Source: the human T2T-CHM13v2.0 reference genome, Homo sapiens. From it: a stretch of DNA of 64,000 bases. The position numbers and the translations under genes are program-made. The stretch lies in assembly GCF_009914755.1 (NCBI RefSeq), contig NC_060935.1; one strand, given 5' to 3'. Below the pieces are notes generated by a model. That model was not told the DNA's origin. It worked only from the letters and a program-made list of their open reading frames with translations, and made no database searches. Of this stretch, positions 14,941-38,474 are shown piece by piece; the stretch's first letter is position 1; each line of letters begins with the position of its first letter.

Positions 14941-16204
14941 TTTGCTATTTGTTTTTTGTTTTACCTATCTGTTCTATGCTCTTTTTCACTTGTTGTCTTT
15001 GTTTAGATTAAAAAATAATTTTCCATTATTTAATTTCCCTTTCTATTAGGTTATAAGTTACACATTTGCTTAACTTTATTTTTACTGGTTATGCTAGCCA
15101 TTACAATATGAATCCTTGTCCTATTAAAGTTTAACATGATTACTTACTCATTACTTTCCAGACAATGCACAAACCTTAAAACACATTATATCTGTTTATT
15201 GTTGCTTCCTAGGGCTGATGAACAATACCTTTGTTCCCATTTTCATGAATAGGTGCATCTGTCTTTCAGGGGTCCTAGCCTTATGCAGGGAGCTCAGCTC
15301 CAGAATATTCCTTGCTCGAGCTTGAGGTTTTGCATCCTGTCCTTCCTGTGCTTCTTGAGAACTATTAATTATATACATTTTACATTATAATTTATTTTAA
15401 GATCTACATTTTTAAGATCTACATTAAGATCTACACAGATATCTTTTCTAAAATTCAGTAAGTTGTATGATAGTTTTGCTGAATTTTGTCTTTCCCAACT
15501 GATACTAAATTTAATTTAGTGCTGTGGTTATTTTTACTCATTGGCCCATATGTAGTCTCCGTGAACAGGTATAGTTCCTTTGCATGTGAATTCCTAAACC
15601 AGTTGTTCTAGAAAATGGTCTTTTGTCCAAAGACAAAAACAAAAACAAAAAACAAAACACAACAAAACCCTCACCTTCTCCTCACCTACTGTTGAGATTT
15701 TCTATAACATTCTGGAACCTGGGCTAATTTTATAACATAGATTTTCTTTTTAATATTTCTGACAGATTGATCATCTTGTCCTGGAAGTGTATATGTCTCT
15801 ACTGCAAATTTTTCATTACATCTGTAAATAACTCACATATAAACAGACAAAGTAGTTCCTTTTTCAGTATGATTTCTATGCCAACCCCACATGAAGGAAT
15901 GTGCTTCCTCCCTGTGCATCCACACCTGCCCTGGATGATTTGATAGCCAGAATTACTATATCTCATTGGTTATTTCCTATCATATAAAATGCTAGCCTTT
16001 AATTTCTGTCAAACATTTCAATTTATCATTGCATTATTTAATCTTTTGCCATGATATAGAAGCATTCTTTTTAAGCCTGAAGTTTAAATTCCACTAAAAT
16101 GGATTAATACAAGAACATTAATCATATTACCTCATAAGTACACTTCCTTTAAAAATCTATTTATATATCTAACCTACCTACCTACCATTTACTTCTCCAT
16201 CCAT

Positions 16205-16730
16205 TATTAGTTGTACATCTATTGAAGCACAACAAACTACCACAAAATTAGTGGCTTAAAATAACATCTATTTATGAGCACACTATTTCTGTAGGTCCAG
16301 AGTCTGGGCAAAGCTTAGCTGGATCCTCTGTTCAGAATCTCACAGAGCTGAAATCAAGGTGTCAGCTGGGGCTGCAGTCTCATCTGATGCTCAGGGTCCT
16401 CTTCCAAGCTCATTCAGGTTGGTGCCAGAATTCAGTTCTTGACTGCTATAGAACTTATACTGACTATCATCTTTTTTGAGGCCAGGAATAGCTTAGCTTT
16501 CTAAGTTATCAATCTATGATCGCTATCATTTAAGAGTTTATCTGATTAGGTCAGGCACACCCAGAATAATCTCCCTTTTAATTAACTTAAAGATAACTGA
16601 TTATGTCACTTAACGACATCTGCAGAAATCTTTTCTCTTTTGCCATATAATGAAACTTAATCATGATGGTGATATCTCATTATATTTACAGGTCCTAAAG
16701 ATCTTAAACATGGTGGAATTTACAACCCTC
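16205..16730 (-). mobile_element. MLT1-family (ERVL-MaLR) LTR
   Basis: aactaccacaaaattagtggcttaaa...gctgaaatcaaggtgtcagc...gattaggtcagg motifs. Confidence 0.7.
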
Positions 16731-17137
16731 TTGATATTTCAGGGTAGCATTTAATTATGCTTACTCTCTGAGATTTTCATTAAATCTAGTTTACAATTTT
16801 TGCTTCACAAAGCAACAACTAAGTAATCTTTAAGGTCTAAAAATATAAGAAAATATTCTTAGGAAGGAGTACAGAAAAAAACAGGTAAGTAGACCATAAG
16901 AATTAAGGAGATGACTACAGATTTGACAAGAACAATTTTTCTCATTTCCTCTCCTTAATGGCATTAGTAAACCTTAGTGACTTTTTATAGCAATTTGAAG
17001 AAAACTCCTAGTAAAATCATACTTCTTGGTCTCACATTCAACAATTTCTACCAAGTGGTGCTGCTCATTACTCCCCTGTAATATCCCTCAGCTATAACTA
17101 CACCACATTGCCTTCCATAGTTCCTATTTGCATACCC

Positions 17138-17462
17138 TTTTTTTTTTTTTTTTTTTTTTTTTGAGACAGAGTCTCGCTCTGTCACCCAGGCTGGAGTACA
17201 GTGGTACAGTCTCGGCTCACTGGTACAGTCTCGGCTCACTGCAAGCTCCACCTCCCGGGTTCACGCCATCCTCCTGCCTCAGCCTCCCGAGTAGCTGAGA
17301 CTACAGGTGCACGCTGCCATGCCCGGCTAATTTTTTGTATTTTTAGTAGAGAGGGGGTTTCACCGTGTTAGCCAGGATGGTCTCGATCTCCTGACCTTGT
17401 GATCCGCCCACCTGGGCCTCCCAAATTGCTGGGATTACAGGCGTGAGCCACCATGCCCGGCC
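17138..17462 (-). mobile_element. AluY with internal 19-bp tandem duplication
   Basis: AluY diagnostics (gcaagctcc, cgtgttagccaggatgg); TSD atttgcataccctttt/atctgcataccttttt. Confidence 0.92.
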
Positions 17463-17702
17463 ATCTGCATACCTTTTTTTTTTTTTTTTTTTTTTTTATT
17501 AAACTCTAAGTTTTAGGGTACATGTGCACATTGTGCAGGTTAGTTACATATGTATACATGTGCCATGCTGGTGCGCTGCACCCACTAATGTGTCATCTAG
17601 CATTAGGTATATCTCCCAATGCTATCCCTCCCCCCTCCCCCGACCCCACCACAGTCCCCAGAGTGTGATATTCCCCTTCCTGTGTCCATGTGATCTCATT
17701 GT

Positions 17703-21526
<3,824 letters not shown>

Positions 21527-21589
21527 TATGATGTTAGCTGGTGATTTTGCTCATTAGTTGATGCAGTTTCTTCCTAGTCTTGATGGTCT

Positions 21590-22606
21590 TTACATTTTGG
21601 CATGATTTTGCAGCGGCTGGTACCGGTTGTTCCTTTCCATGTTTAGCACTTCCTTCAGGAGCTCTTTTAGGGCAGGCCTGGTGGTGACAAAATCTCTCAG
21701 CATTTGCTTGTCTATAAAGTATTTTATTTCTCCTTCACTTATGAAGCTTAGTTTGGCTGGATATGAAATTCTGGGTTGAAAATTCTTTTCTTTAAGAATG
21801 TTGAATATTGGCCCCCACTCTCTTCTGGCTTGTAGGGTTTCTGCCGAGAGATCCGCTGTTAGTCTGATGGGCTTTCCTTTGAGGGTAACCCGACCTTTCT
21901 CTCTGGCTGCCCTTAACATTTTTTCCTTCATTTCAACTTTGGTGAATCTGACAATTATGTGTCTTGGAGTTGCTCTTCTCGAGGAGTATCTTTGTGTCGT
22001 TCTCTGTATTTCCTGAATCTGAACGTTGGCCTGCCTTGCTAGATTGGGGAAGTTCTCCTGGATAATATCCTGCAGAGTGTTTTCCAACTTGGTTCCATTC
22101 TCCACATCACTTTCAGGTACACCAATCAGACGTAGATTTGGTCTTTTCACACTGTCCCATATTTCTTGGAGGCTTTGCTCATTTCTTTTTATTCTTTTTT
22201 CTCTAAACTTCCCTTCTCGCTTCATTTCATTCATTTCATCTTCCATTGCTGATACCCTTTCTTCCAGTTGATCGCATCGGCTCCTGAGGCTTCTGCATTC
22301 TTCACGTAGTTCTCGAGCCTTGGTTTTCAGCTCCATCAGCTCCTTTAAGCACTTCTCTGTATTGGTTATTCTAGTTATACATTCTTCTAAATTTTTTTCA
22401 AAGTTTTCAACTTCTTTGCCTTTGGTTTGAATGTCCTCCCGTAGCTCAGAGTAATTTGATCGTCTGAAGTCTTCTTCTCTCAGCTCGTCAAAATCATTCT
22501 CCATCCAGCTTTGTTCTGTTGCTGGTGAGGAACTGCGTTCCTTTGGAGGAGGAGAGGCGCTCTGCATTTTCGAGTTTCCAGTTTTTCTGTTCTGTTTTTT
22601 CCCCAT
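21590..22606 (-). CDS. L1 ORF1p, full-length 338 aa
   Basis: Uninterrupted MGKKQNRK...NHAKM; REKG, ARR and YPAKLS motifs intact. Confidence 0.95.
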   Translation of the reverse strand: MGKKQNRKTGNSKMQSASPPPKERSSSPATEQSWMENDFDELREEDFRRSNYSELREDIQTKGKEVENFEKNLEECITRITNTEKCLKELMELKTKARELREECRSLRSRCDQLEERVSAMEDEMNEMKREGKFREKRIKRNEQSLQEIWDSVKRPNLRLIGVPESDVENGTKLENTLQDIIQENFPNLARQANVQIQEIQRTTQRYSSRRATPRHIIVRFTKVEMKEKMLRAAREKGRVTLKGKPIRLTADLSAETLQARREWGPIFNILKEKNFQPRISYPAKLSFISEGEIKYFIDKQMLRDFVTTRPALKELLKEVLNMERNNRYQPLQNHAKM

Positions 22607-23514
22607 CTTTGTGGTTTTATCTACTTTTGGTCTTTGATGATGGTGATGTACAGATGGGTTTTCGGTGTAGATGTCCTTTCTGGTTGTTAGTTTTCCTTCT
22701 AACAGACAGGACCCTCAGCTGCAGGTCTGTTGGAATACCCTGCCGTGTGAGGTGTCAGTGTGCCCCTGCTGGGGGGTGCCTCCCAGTTAGGCTGCTCGGG
22801 GGTCAGGGGTCAGGGACCCACTTGAGGAGGCAGTCTGCCCGTTCTCAGATCTCCAGCTGCGTGCTGGGAGAACCACTGCTCTCTTCAAAGCTGTCAGACA
22901 GGGACACTTAAGTCTGCAGAGGTTACTGCTGTCTTTTTGTTTGTCTGTGCCCTGCCCCCAGAGGTGGAGCCTACAGAGGCAGGCAGGCCTCCTTGAGCTG
23001 TGGTGGGCTCCACCCAGTTCGAGCTTCCCGGCTGCTTTGTTTACCTAAGCAAGCCTGGGCAATGGCGGGCGCCCCTCCCCCAGCCTCGTTGCCGCCTTGC
23101 AGTTTGATCTCAGACTGCTGTGCTAGCAATCAGCGAGATTCCGTGGGCGTAGGACCCTCTGAGCCAGGTGTGGGATATAGTCTCGTGGTGCGCCGTTTCT
23201 TAAGCCGGTCTGAAAAGCGCAATATTCGGGTGGGAGTGACCCGATTTTCCAGGTGCGTCCGTCACCCCTTTCTTTGACTTGGAAAGGGAACTCCCTGACC
23301 CCTTGCGCTTCCCAGGTGAGGCAATGCCTCGCCCAGCTTCGGCTCGCGCACGGTGCACACACACACTGGCCTGCGCCCACTGTCTTGCACTCCCTAGTGA
23401 GATGAACCCGGTACCTCAGATGGAAATGCAGAAATCACCCGTCTTCTGCGTCGCTCACGCTGGGAGCTGTAGACCGGAGCTGTTCCTATTCGGCCATCTT
23501 GGCTCCTCCCCGCC
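22607..23514. promoter_or_regulatory. L1HS 5'UTR: CpG-rich internal sense promoter (minus strand) and antisense promoter (plus strand)
   Basis: The most CpG-dense stretch in the window; YY1 motif intact. Promoter activity is established for L1HS 5'UTRs in general, not shown for this copy. Confidence 0.75.
23062..23277 (+). CDS. L1 antisense ORF0, intact 71 aa (MAGAPPPASLPPCSLISDCC...RCVRHPFL)
   Basis: ATG at 23062 in context GCAATGG, 216 nt to TGA. Matches primate L1 ORF0. Internal donors CAG|gt at 23168 and 23253. Confidence 0.88.
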   Translation: MAGAPPPASLPPCSLISDCCASNQRDSVGVGPSEPGVGYSLVVRRFLSRSEKRNIRVGVTRFSRCVRHPFL

Positions 23515-26500
23515 CTGCATACCTTTTTACCAATTGTGTTCACTCAGCTAATCTATACCTATTACTGTACTCCCTTCAAAAAATAAATATTTAATAAATG
23601 TTGATCTCAACTCAGAACTTACATTTTCTAGAAACTCTTTCATAATAATATTAATTGTCAGGTGAAAGAGAGAACTATTAAATAGTTACACATATAAATT
23701 TACAATTACTGATCACGATTAGCTCTGAAGAAAAAGCCCTGGTTACTGAAGGGAAAAATTCCAGGGGTTAGGGTCATGGAAAAGGCCTCACCAAAACTGT
23801 TTAGGATGACAAGACACCTAAGAGAAGTTAATTCTGTCAGATCATAGTTATTCCTTATTCTAAATCATTTTCCCAGGCCCTTTGTATAAATTGATGTCCT
23901 GTTTTGCATATTGCCATGTTTGCTTTGTTATCGGTTATATGATTTAAGATGATTTCAGATCCCACTCTGCAAGAGTAAGATCCTTGTTTTACATCTGCTA
24001 CATTTCCACAGGAACTCAATCAGTGGTCGATATGCAGGAATTATTCTTTGATAATTATGACAGCGTGCAAAAATGTATCCAAATACCACTGAAAAGAAAC
24101 AAACACAATTTAAGAAATAAAATAAAAGAAAGCTGAAGCCAAGAGTTATGTCAGGTAATGTTGATTATCTATGTAAGTCATTTCCCCCATTTCTTCTTAG
24201 ATAAAGTCTCGGTTATTTTTAAGAATTCATCTTCCTTATATGTCCATGGAAAGTATCCTACGATCAGCTCCAGTGAGTAAATCTTCAATGGTCTAAAGCC
24301 AATGATGGTAATTTCATTTCCCTTGACCCTGGCAGGTTAAGTAATCTGCTTGTGATCTAATTTTGGCCAATGAGACATAAAAAATCTTTTACAGAAAGGT
24401 TATTTGCCCTAATGAAAAAGAGATACAAGTGATCAAACATCCATCTTCTTTACTCGGACATTGTTGAGTGAACATGTGATGAGCCATCTTGCAAGCAGGA
24501 GGGGTCAAGCCAAAGGATCTAGCCAATATTCTGAGGATGGCAGAGGCAAAGACACAATGAGCCAGACTTTTTGATAACACTGCTGAACTGCTGAATTTAA
24601 CCCTAAAATTGCTCTCTCTCTGAATTCTTCTTATGTGAAATAATGAATGTTCCTCATTTTTAAAGTAACTTTCAGTTGAATTTTGTTACTTTCCACTGAT
24701 AGTGGCCTAACATATAATCAGCTTTCCACTACTGCATTAAATGTAATGGACATGTAGTATAATGTAACTGACAATCCGAATTACTTTTGCTTTATTTTTA
24801 GTTTTATTAAACACCTTTACTAATGTTGAATTAATTTCAAAATAAGGTAAAATATAAATTATCTGCTATTTTCTAAAAATTCTACTTTTATTTAATCAGG
24901 AACGTTTCACTGGAAATTTCAGTATAAGCATAAAATGACATGGAGTTTTTATTTTCCCTCTTTATGAAACACAAAACATCCTTGCTATTTTTAGATTTCT
25001 ATGGCATAAATTTGCATGTGGCTAATAATTCTATTCTTAAGCAGGAAACGCGGCTACTTTGACAGACCCTGGCTCAAAAACAAACATGCAGGTATAAGTT
25101 ATCACACAATTTGGATGTGAATTCAACAGCAGGATAATGAAATGACAGTTGCCAAGGATTTGTACTTGCTGTCGCTTCATACTCGTGTTGCCTGTCAAAA
25201 TGTCTCTTTTTCTTATACAGAAGCCATAGAATTTTTATGGATAGCAATTACTTACAATATGAAATGAAGTACATCAAATCTAACAACCACTCTTTAGCCC
25301 TTCATTATTTGGTAGTCTCTTTGTTAAATGCAGTCAACCATTTTCATCTAAATTATTTATTTATAGTGTATATTTGACAAGCATATATTTCTTGCTTTAT
25401 ATTTTTATGGCATTTAAACCTTCCTGAAGAGTTTTTTTTTAATATTATCATTTGTAAAACTTATCTTTATTATAGTACCATTTTAATGGTAATTAAGCTC
25501 TTGAATTGAAATATATACAAATAAACTATAAACACAAAGGGAAATGACCATAAGTATGTTCAATAATGAATCATCAGTTTAAAATACTGGAATGCAACCA
25601 ATAAAAGAAATAACCCCACTTATGTTTGGTGAATGTAAGCTTTTATAAAATCTCTTAAGTACACAAAGCACAAAGTTTTTATTAAACTTCATCCTGCCCT
25701 TTCTCCAACTTGCTTAAACTTCCAAAGATACAAATAACTTTCTCCAATTGCTAGATTCTGTGATAAAATACAATTTAAACATCATAGAAAATGAGTAATA
25801 AAAGTAAAAAATTCCCCAAAAGTTTTACTTCCAATTCCAGAAGAAAATGTAATTCTAATTTGGCCTAAAAATGTGTATAAGGGTTTTTCCAACTGCAGAG
25901 CAATTTCAGGATATTTTATAACACATAACAAATTTTTACTTGCAACTCAATGATTGAATAATAACCAAAACGTTATGTTCAAACTACATATATACTACAT
26001 AGAATATATTCAATAAGTGTTTGTTAAGTTAAACTTGTTTACTTTGCAGAAGAAAAACTTCTAAAGAAGAAGAACAATTTCCAAGATTCATAAAGACACA
26101 TCTGAGCATAGCATCGGGGGCATAAATCATTCCACCCAAAGGAAAAAAAAAAGGTTTTTTACTTGTGTAAAAGTATACAGGAATAAAAATAAGGCATATG
26201 TGAAATTTAAAACTGGGGGGCTTATAAATATTATATACAACTTTTCCAGAAGAAATTTAAATTTTCAAAAAGAAACAATGATCTAGTCTTTTAACATTTT
26301 ATAAAGAAAATATTATATTTATATGTAGATCTGCAGAAATATTTGTAAAGGCTTGAAGGAAAAAATCTGGAAAAAAATTATGAACTGGAGAAAATATAAT
26401 TTCTTGGGTAGCAGGAGTCTAAAACAGTGAAGGTGTGACCATGCTTCATTCACTATTGCTGTTTTCTTCTCACTCCCTTCTGTCACTCATTCCACGGTGG

Positions 26501-28951
26501 GAATCGACAGTTCATTTTTGGAATGCTGAAGTTGCTAAACTTAAACTGTCCATAGAAAAGGCAATGTTTATATTTCAAAAATGTTTATATTTCAAAAAGG
26601 ATCTAAGATTCATTCCAAGTAAAAAGTACCCAAGAGAAATTACATTAAATAGTGATTGAATAGATTAGGTGTCTGTTAGTATCCTTGAAAGCAAGATTTG
26701 CTTGTGAAAAAGTAACCTAGATAATGTACAACAAAAAAATGGTTAGTATTTACTTTTTAAAAACTGATTTCAGTTCTCATTTATTTTACTAAAAGTAATT
26801 TTCCTCCTCAGGGAATTGTAAGAGTTGGTAATGTACTGAGCTGCCAGCAGGATAAAAAATACTATAACTTCCCATTATAAAAATCATTAAATCACATTCC
26901 TTACATGATAATTGGTTGAAAATCATTAAAACAACATATTTTACATTGAGATGGAAAAATATACTAATTGTTTACAACATTCTCCTCATGTAAAAATGCA
27001 ATTGTAATTTGGAGATCTTCCACTCCAGCATTTGGAGTGCTGGATATGAATATGGTGAAACTATGCCTGGATACCTGTTACTAATAAATAACTGATTCTG
27101 TCATCCATGTCTCCAAGGCTATTGCCCAATTCTGGGTCACTTGGGAATGCATCAGACTACAGCTGAGCAAGAAAAGTTTACTATTGTGCTACTTTCCTGG
27201 AAGTAGCCACAGAAATGAGGCTACATTTTTTTAGTCACATGACCTCCAAATGGTGAGTCATAAAATAAGAGGATGAAACCTTTGGTATAATAAGCTGAAA
27301 ACATTTATAATGTTGGTGTTAGTTTTCTTGTGAGGGGGCATGTCCTGGTACAGAGGTTTTCACTGTGTTATAAGCAAATGCAGCATGGAGTGACAGCAGA
27401 GGAAACACATGGAAAGAAAGAACAGAGGGAAGGACAGTGGATAATGTAAATATAATGAAAAGTAAACTGATAGCATCAGATAGTAACAAGAAAATAAAGT
27501 GGTCACTGTATGGCTACTTTGAATGGACTTAATATATATACATATATATGTAGGCATATTTTGTAAAAAGTACAGTGTATTAATTAATGAAGAAATGCAG
27601 AATCTCTGTGATACAAGTAGGAAAAACAAATTGACTATATTTTAATAATTACTTCTCATAAAAAGACCACAAGATGGTAGAAGAAAGGTGGCAAGGAAAA
27701 CAAGAATGAGACAAAAGAAGTTTTAACCTCAATCAGGGGGGAAATGTCTTTACTCATAGAGAAAATTGCCTCTCTCTGATAATCATATTAATACCAATGG
27801 CTCTTAAATTACCATTAGCCTTTATGAACTTGACCCCTTTCAGATTGAAACTCATCATTTTCTTTTTCATGAAGGTAAAAGACCTCAGAGCATTGTCTAC
27901 AGCTTTCCATTTGATTGCCAAGAAGAGGGTTACTTCATTTTCTTGGTTTATCATAATCAAAGTTGATGGTAACAGGCAATAGTGACAGAAAAGAAGTTAG
28001 GATTCAAACAAAGAAACAAAAGAAGCACATTGAAACAAAAACTAGAAAAAACAGCGGTAGGAAAGTGTCACATGAGAAGAAAGACTGACATATAATGAAA
28101 AGGACAAATAAAGCCAGTGTTAAACCAACTAACAATCAAAGAAAGCAAATAGGAAAAAAGCAGGAACAGAGCAAATAAGTGAAAATACGTTTAGCTTTAC
28201 CATAAAAAAAATAAAGTAGCTAAAAATGCACAAAAATAGTTAGAATAAAAAGTGAATGTATCACCATTTTGAAGTAGAAAATTGGAAATAAATATTAAAG
28301 GCAATAAAAATATGTGTAAGTACACATTATATTAGAATTGGCATTTGTATAAAGGAACATTTAATCCTATTTAGAAATTTTTTTATAATAAGTCATGAGT
28401 GACTTATGTCCCTACAATATAACACACAGGGTATTCATTTTTTTAAAAGCTGCACTGTATAAAGGATCTCATATACTGCTAATATGCACTTATAGCTGAG
28501 AGGAATAAAGCAAAACGAATTAGCTGAAAGTCAAGGTTTCACTTTCATCTTAACCTAGTGACACACAAACAAAAATAAGCAAACATTCAAACTGATCTAG
28601 GAAATAAATATGATCTAACATTTCCATAAGAAGATTAACATAATCTTTAATTTATGAATAATATATTGATTTTCTTATAGTCTCAGTTTTCTATTTAACA
28701 TAAAGACTAGGGCATCACACTCAGACAGCCAATAGTTTATCAATGTATGACAAATATCTTTTAGTTCTTTCACTTTCTAACAGAGAAAAAGCACAGGAAG
28801 AATACCGTCTCCTCTGCTTTACAGTTCTGATAAATGCTGTAGTGTTAGACCCATTTGAGTTCATACCATACCTTCTTTATTACTACTTACTAGTTGTGTA
28901 AGCTTAGTCAAGTTAATAAACCTCTCTCTGCCTTTGTTTCCTCATAGGTAA

Positions 28952-29300
<349 letters not shown>

Positions 29301-29567
29301 TCTAGTATTGTTTTGAGAACAAAATTGATATAATGCAGGTTAAGTGCTAAGCATGGTGACTGGCACCTAACAAGTACTACCTGCCATTATCGTTATTATC
29401 ATTATGATACCTGTTCAAGTCAGATCCCAGAGATAATTTACATTTATTGCATCATCTACATTTTTTCTTCCCACAAAGTAGAAAAAAGGAAGGGCTCTAC
29501 TCTAAGCAACAACCTCCATAACTCAACACATCTCAAAGTTACTTATTTATATCACCTGTACTCAAAC

Positions 29568-29891
<324 letters not shown>

Positions 29892-29947
29892 TAAACACTT
29901 TTATCCCCTTCAGTATTTAGTTTAAGCTGCTGAAATAATGTTCTTAC

Positions 29948-30111
29948 CTTGGTAAATCATTCAAAATATATTTGTAAATTGGGTTTACAGTATTCCCATC
30001 CAAAGTGCCTTCAGGGCTACTTTGCTGTAATACTTCCATTGCTTCAGTCAAGAGGGATAAGGAAGACTGAGATAGTGCTTCTCTGTGATCTTCTGCTCCT
30101 GTTTTTGCCAT
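29948..30111 (-). CDS. DCDC1: DCDC1 first coding exon (MAKTGAEDHREALSQSSLSLLTEAMEVLQQSSPEGTLDGNTVNPIYKYILNDLP-R); exon begins at 30117 with 6 nt of UTR
   Basis: Minus-strand acceptor tttttag|CTGAAAATGG, open frame of 164 nt, donor AG|gtaaga at 29947. Phase 2 joins exon 9738 in frame. Peptide recognised as the DCDC1 N-terminus. Missed by the ORF track. Confidence 0.93.
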
Positions 30112-30347
30112 TTTCAGCTAAAAATGATAAAGAATGTTATTTAATTTTAAATGTAAAATCCTACTAGATTACAAATAGAGGCTGGGCATTAAACACAACT
30201 TACTTGTCATCATGTGATTCTAGACCATATAGCAATGATTAAATGTGAAATTCCCTTAGTAATTAACAGATGAGAGCTTAAAGAAAGAAAAAAAATATGA
30301 ATCTAAGTCTACAATTGGTATAATACTGTTTAAGAATGAAAAAAATG

Positions 30348-30703
<356 letters not shown>

Positions 30704-30809
30704 CTATTTGCTGGAAAACTGCTTATATAAGCAAAATTGTATGTGAAATACGTTACTGAAAAAGCACACCACAAGGCTTTTTTTTTTTTTTTTTTTTTTT
30801 TTTTTTGTC

Positions 30810-31226
30810 TGTCCTTCATCCCTCTTTTTTGGAACTTACCTTCCTCCTGATTCTGATGGGTCTGTCAATTATGTGGCCTTGCCTTCAAGGCATGGAAGTG
30901 AATGTCTACTAGGCTAGCCAATCAAAATGCCCTATTCTCCCACATACAGAGATTGGTAAATCAGAGTCCTGATGAAGAAAGCAAGCAGGGCTCTATTCTC
31001 CTGGATTGCTAGCTTTAAGAAAAATGCAAACCTTCCCCATTGAGATGAAGCCAAAAGAGATGAAAGCAGACCTAAGAGATGGAGAGAGACAGAAAGTGAG
31101 ATTCCTGATGATGACATTTGAATCCCTGAGACCAGCTATTTAAAAAAACCACCTCTTTAGTTTCCTACGTACATAAGCCAACAATTTTCTTTCTTTGCTT
31201 AAGCTAGTTGGAGTCGGGATTTTCCA
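30810..31226 (+). mobile_element. Old MLT1-type LTR relic, interrupted near its 3' end by the L1PA5/6 (resumes at about 37385)
   Basis: acataagcc...tttgcttaagctagttggagtcgggattt at 31171-31222 continues as cttatttgcaa after the L1. Confidence 0.55.
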
Positions 31227-37370
<6,144 letters not shown>

Positions 37371-37491
37371 AATCTGGAATTTTCTTATTTGCAATCTGGA
37401 AAATAGAGTAACACACACAGACAATCTAATTTTACCAAAAGACCAAAACAATGTGCCCATAAGAAATCATGTCAAAGAATGTTATTTATAG

Positions 37492-37595
37492 CAGCAGTCC
37501 CCAACCTTTTTGACACCAGAGACCAGTTTCATGGAAAACAATTTTTCTACAGACCCAAGGGTTGGGGACCAGTACCTGGAGGCTGGGGACCCCTG
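37492..37595. mobile_element. Internally deleted MER1-like hAT-Charlie element
   Basis: Terminal repeats cagcagtcccca / tggggacccctg; 8-bp TSD atttatag/atctacag. Confidence 0.7.
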
Positions 37596-37789
37596 ATCTA
37601 CAGGATCCTTTCCAGGGTGTAATCCTGGTCTCACAATACTGATTAAAATAGCTACAAAATCTCATCTCTGAAGTGGCCCACTAAGACAATGAAGAGGAGT
37701 CCCAAATTAAGATTATATGGCAGGCCTAAGGAAAATATATTACTTTTAAGGTAAAAAAAAATCCTTTTACTTTTTTAGTGTTGTTCTGA

Positions 37790-38400
37790 AATAAATGCTT
37801 TCATTCATTCACGCATTATTCGTTGACATTGTTCTAGGCACTTATAATCAGTTAACAAAGCAGAAAAAAACCATTGTGCCCTATGCAGCTTACTTTCAAG
37901 TGGGAACAGATAATAAACAATAAACATCATAAATAAGCAAATTGTACAGATGTTAATAGGTAATAAATGCTAAGGGGAAAACTGATGAGGAAAAGGTAAA
38001 TTGGGAGTATGTGGGAGTGGAGGGAATTGCAAGTTTAAATAGGGTTGTTAGTGTAGGCCACATAGAGCTGGTAGCATCTGGGCAAAGATATGAAAGAGGC
38101 AAGAAAGTTTGTCATGCAGATACCCAGGGAGACCCAGGAGGGTGCCTTAGGGCAGGCATCCAAAAGGTCCTAAGGTGGGATATATCTGGCAAGTGTGAAG
38201 AACAGCAAAAGTAGATGAATAGATGAACAAGGAAGAATGTAGTTGGGATGAGGTTAGAAAGGGTATGGAGGAGGTGGACACAACACAGGACCTTGCAGGA
38301 CATTGTTAGGACTTTGCGAGAACTAGTAAGCTCATGGAGTGTTTAGCAATATGATTTTTTTAAAAAGACAATTTTGAATTCTTTGTTAAGAATTCACCAA
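37790..38400 (-). mobile_element. L2 LINE 3' fragment
   Basis: ttcattcattca tail, gttctaggcact, aggaccttgcagg..attgttaggacttt motifs. Confidence 0.6.
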
Positions 38401-38474
38401 ATGCATTGAAATAATTGTATTGCAATGTCCTAATGTGTCCATATGTTAGTATTTTCTAATAATTGCATAAACTT

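Noticed and set aside
24190-24300. Possible cryptic minus-strand exon after ttggctttag
   Set aside because: No good donor found and no recognisable peptide.
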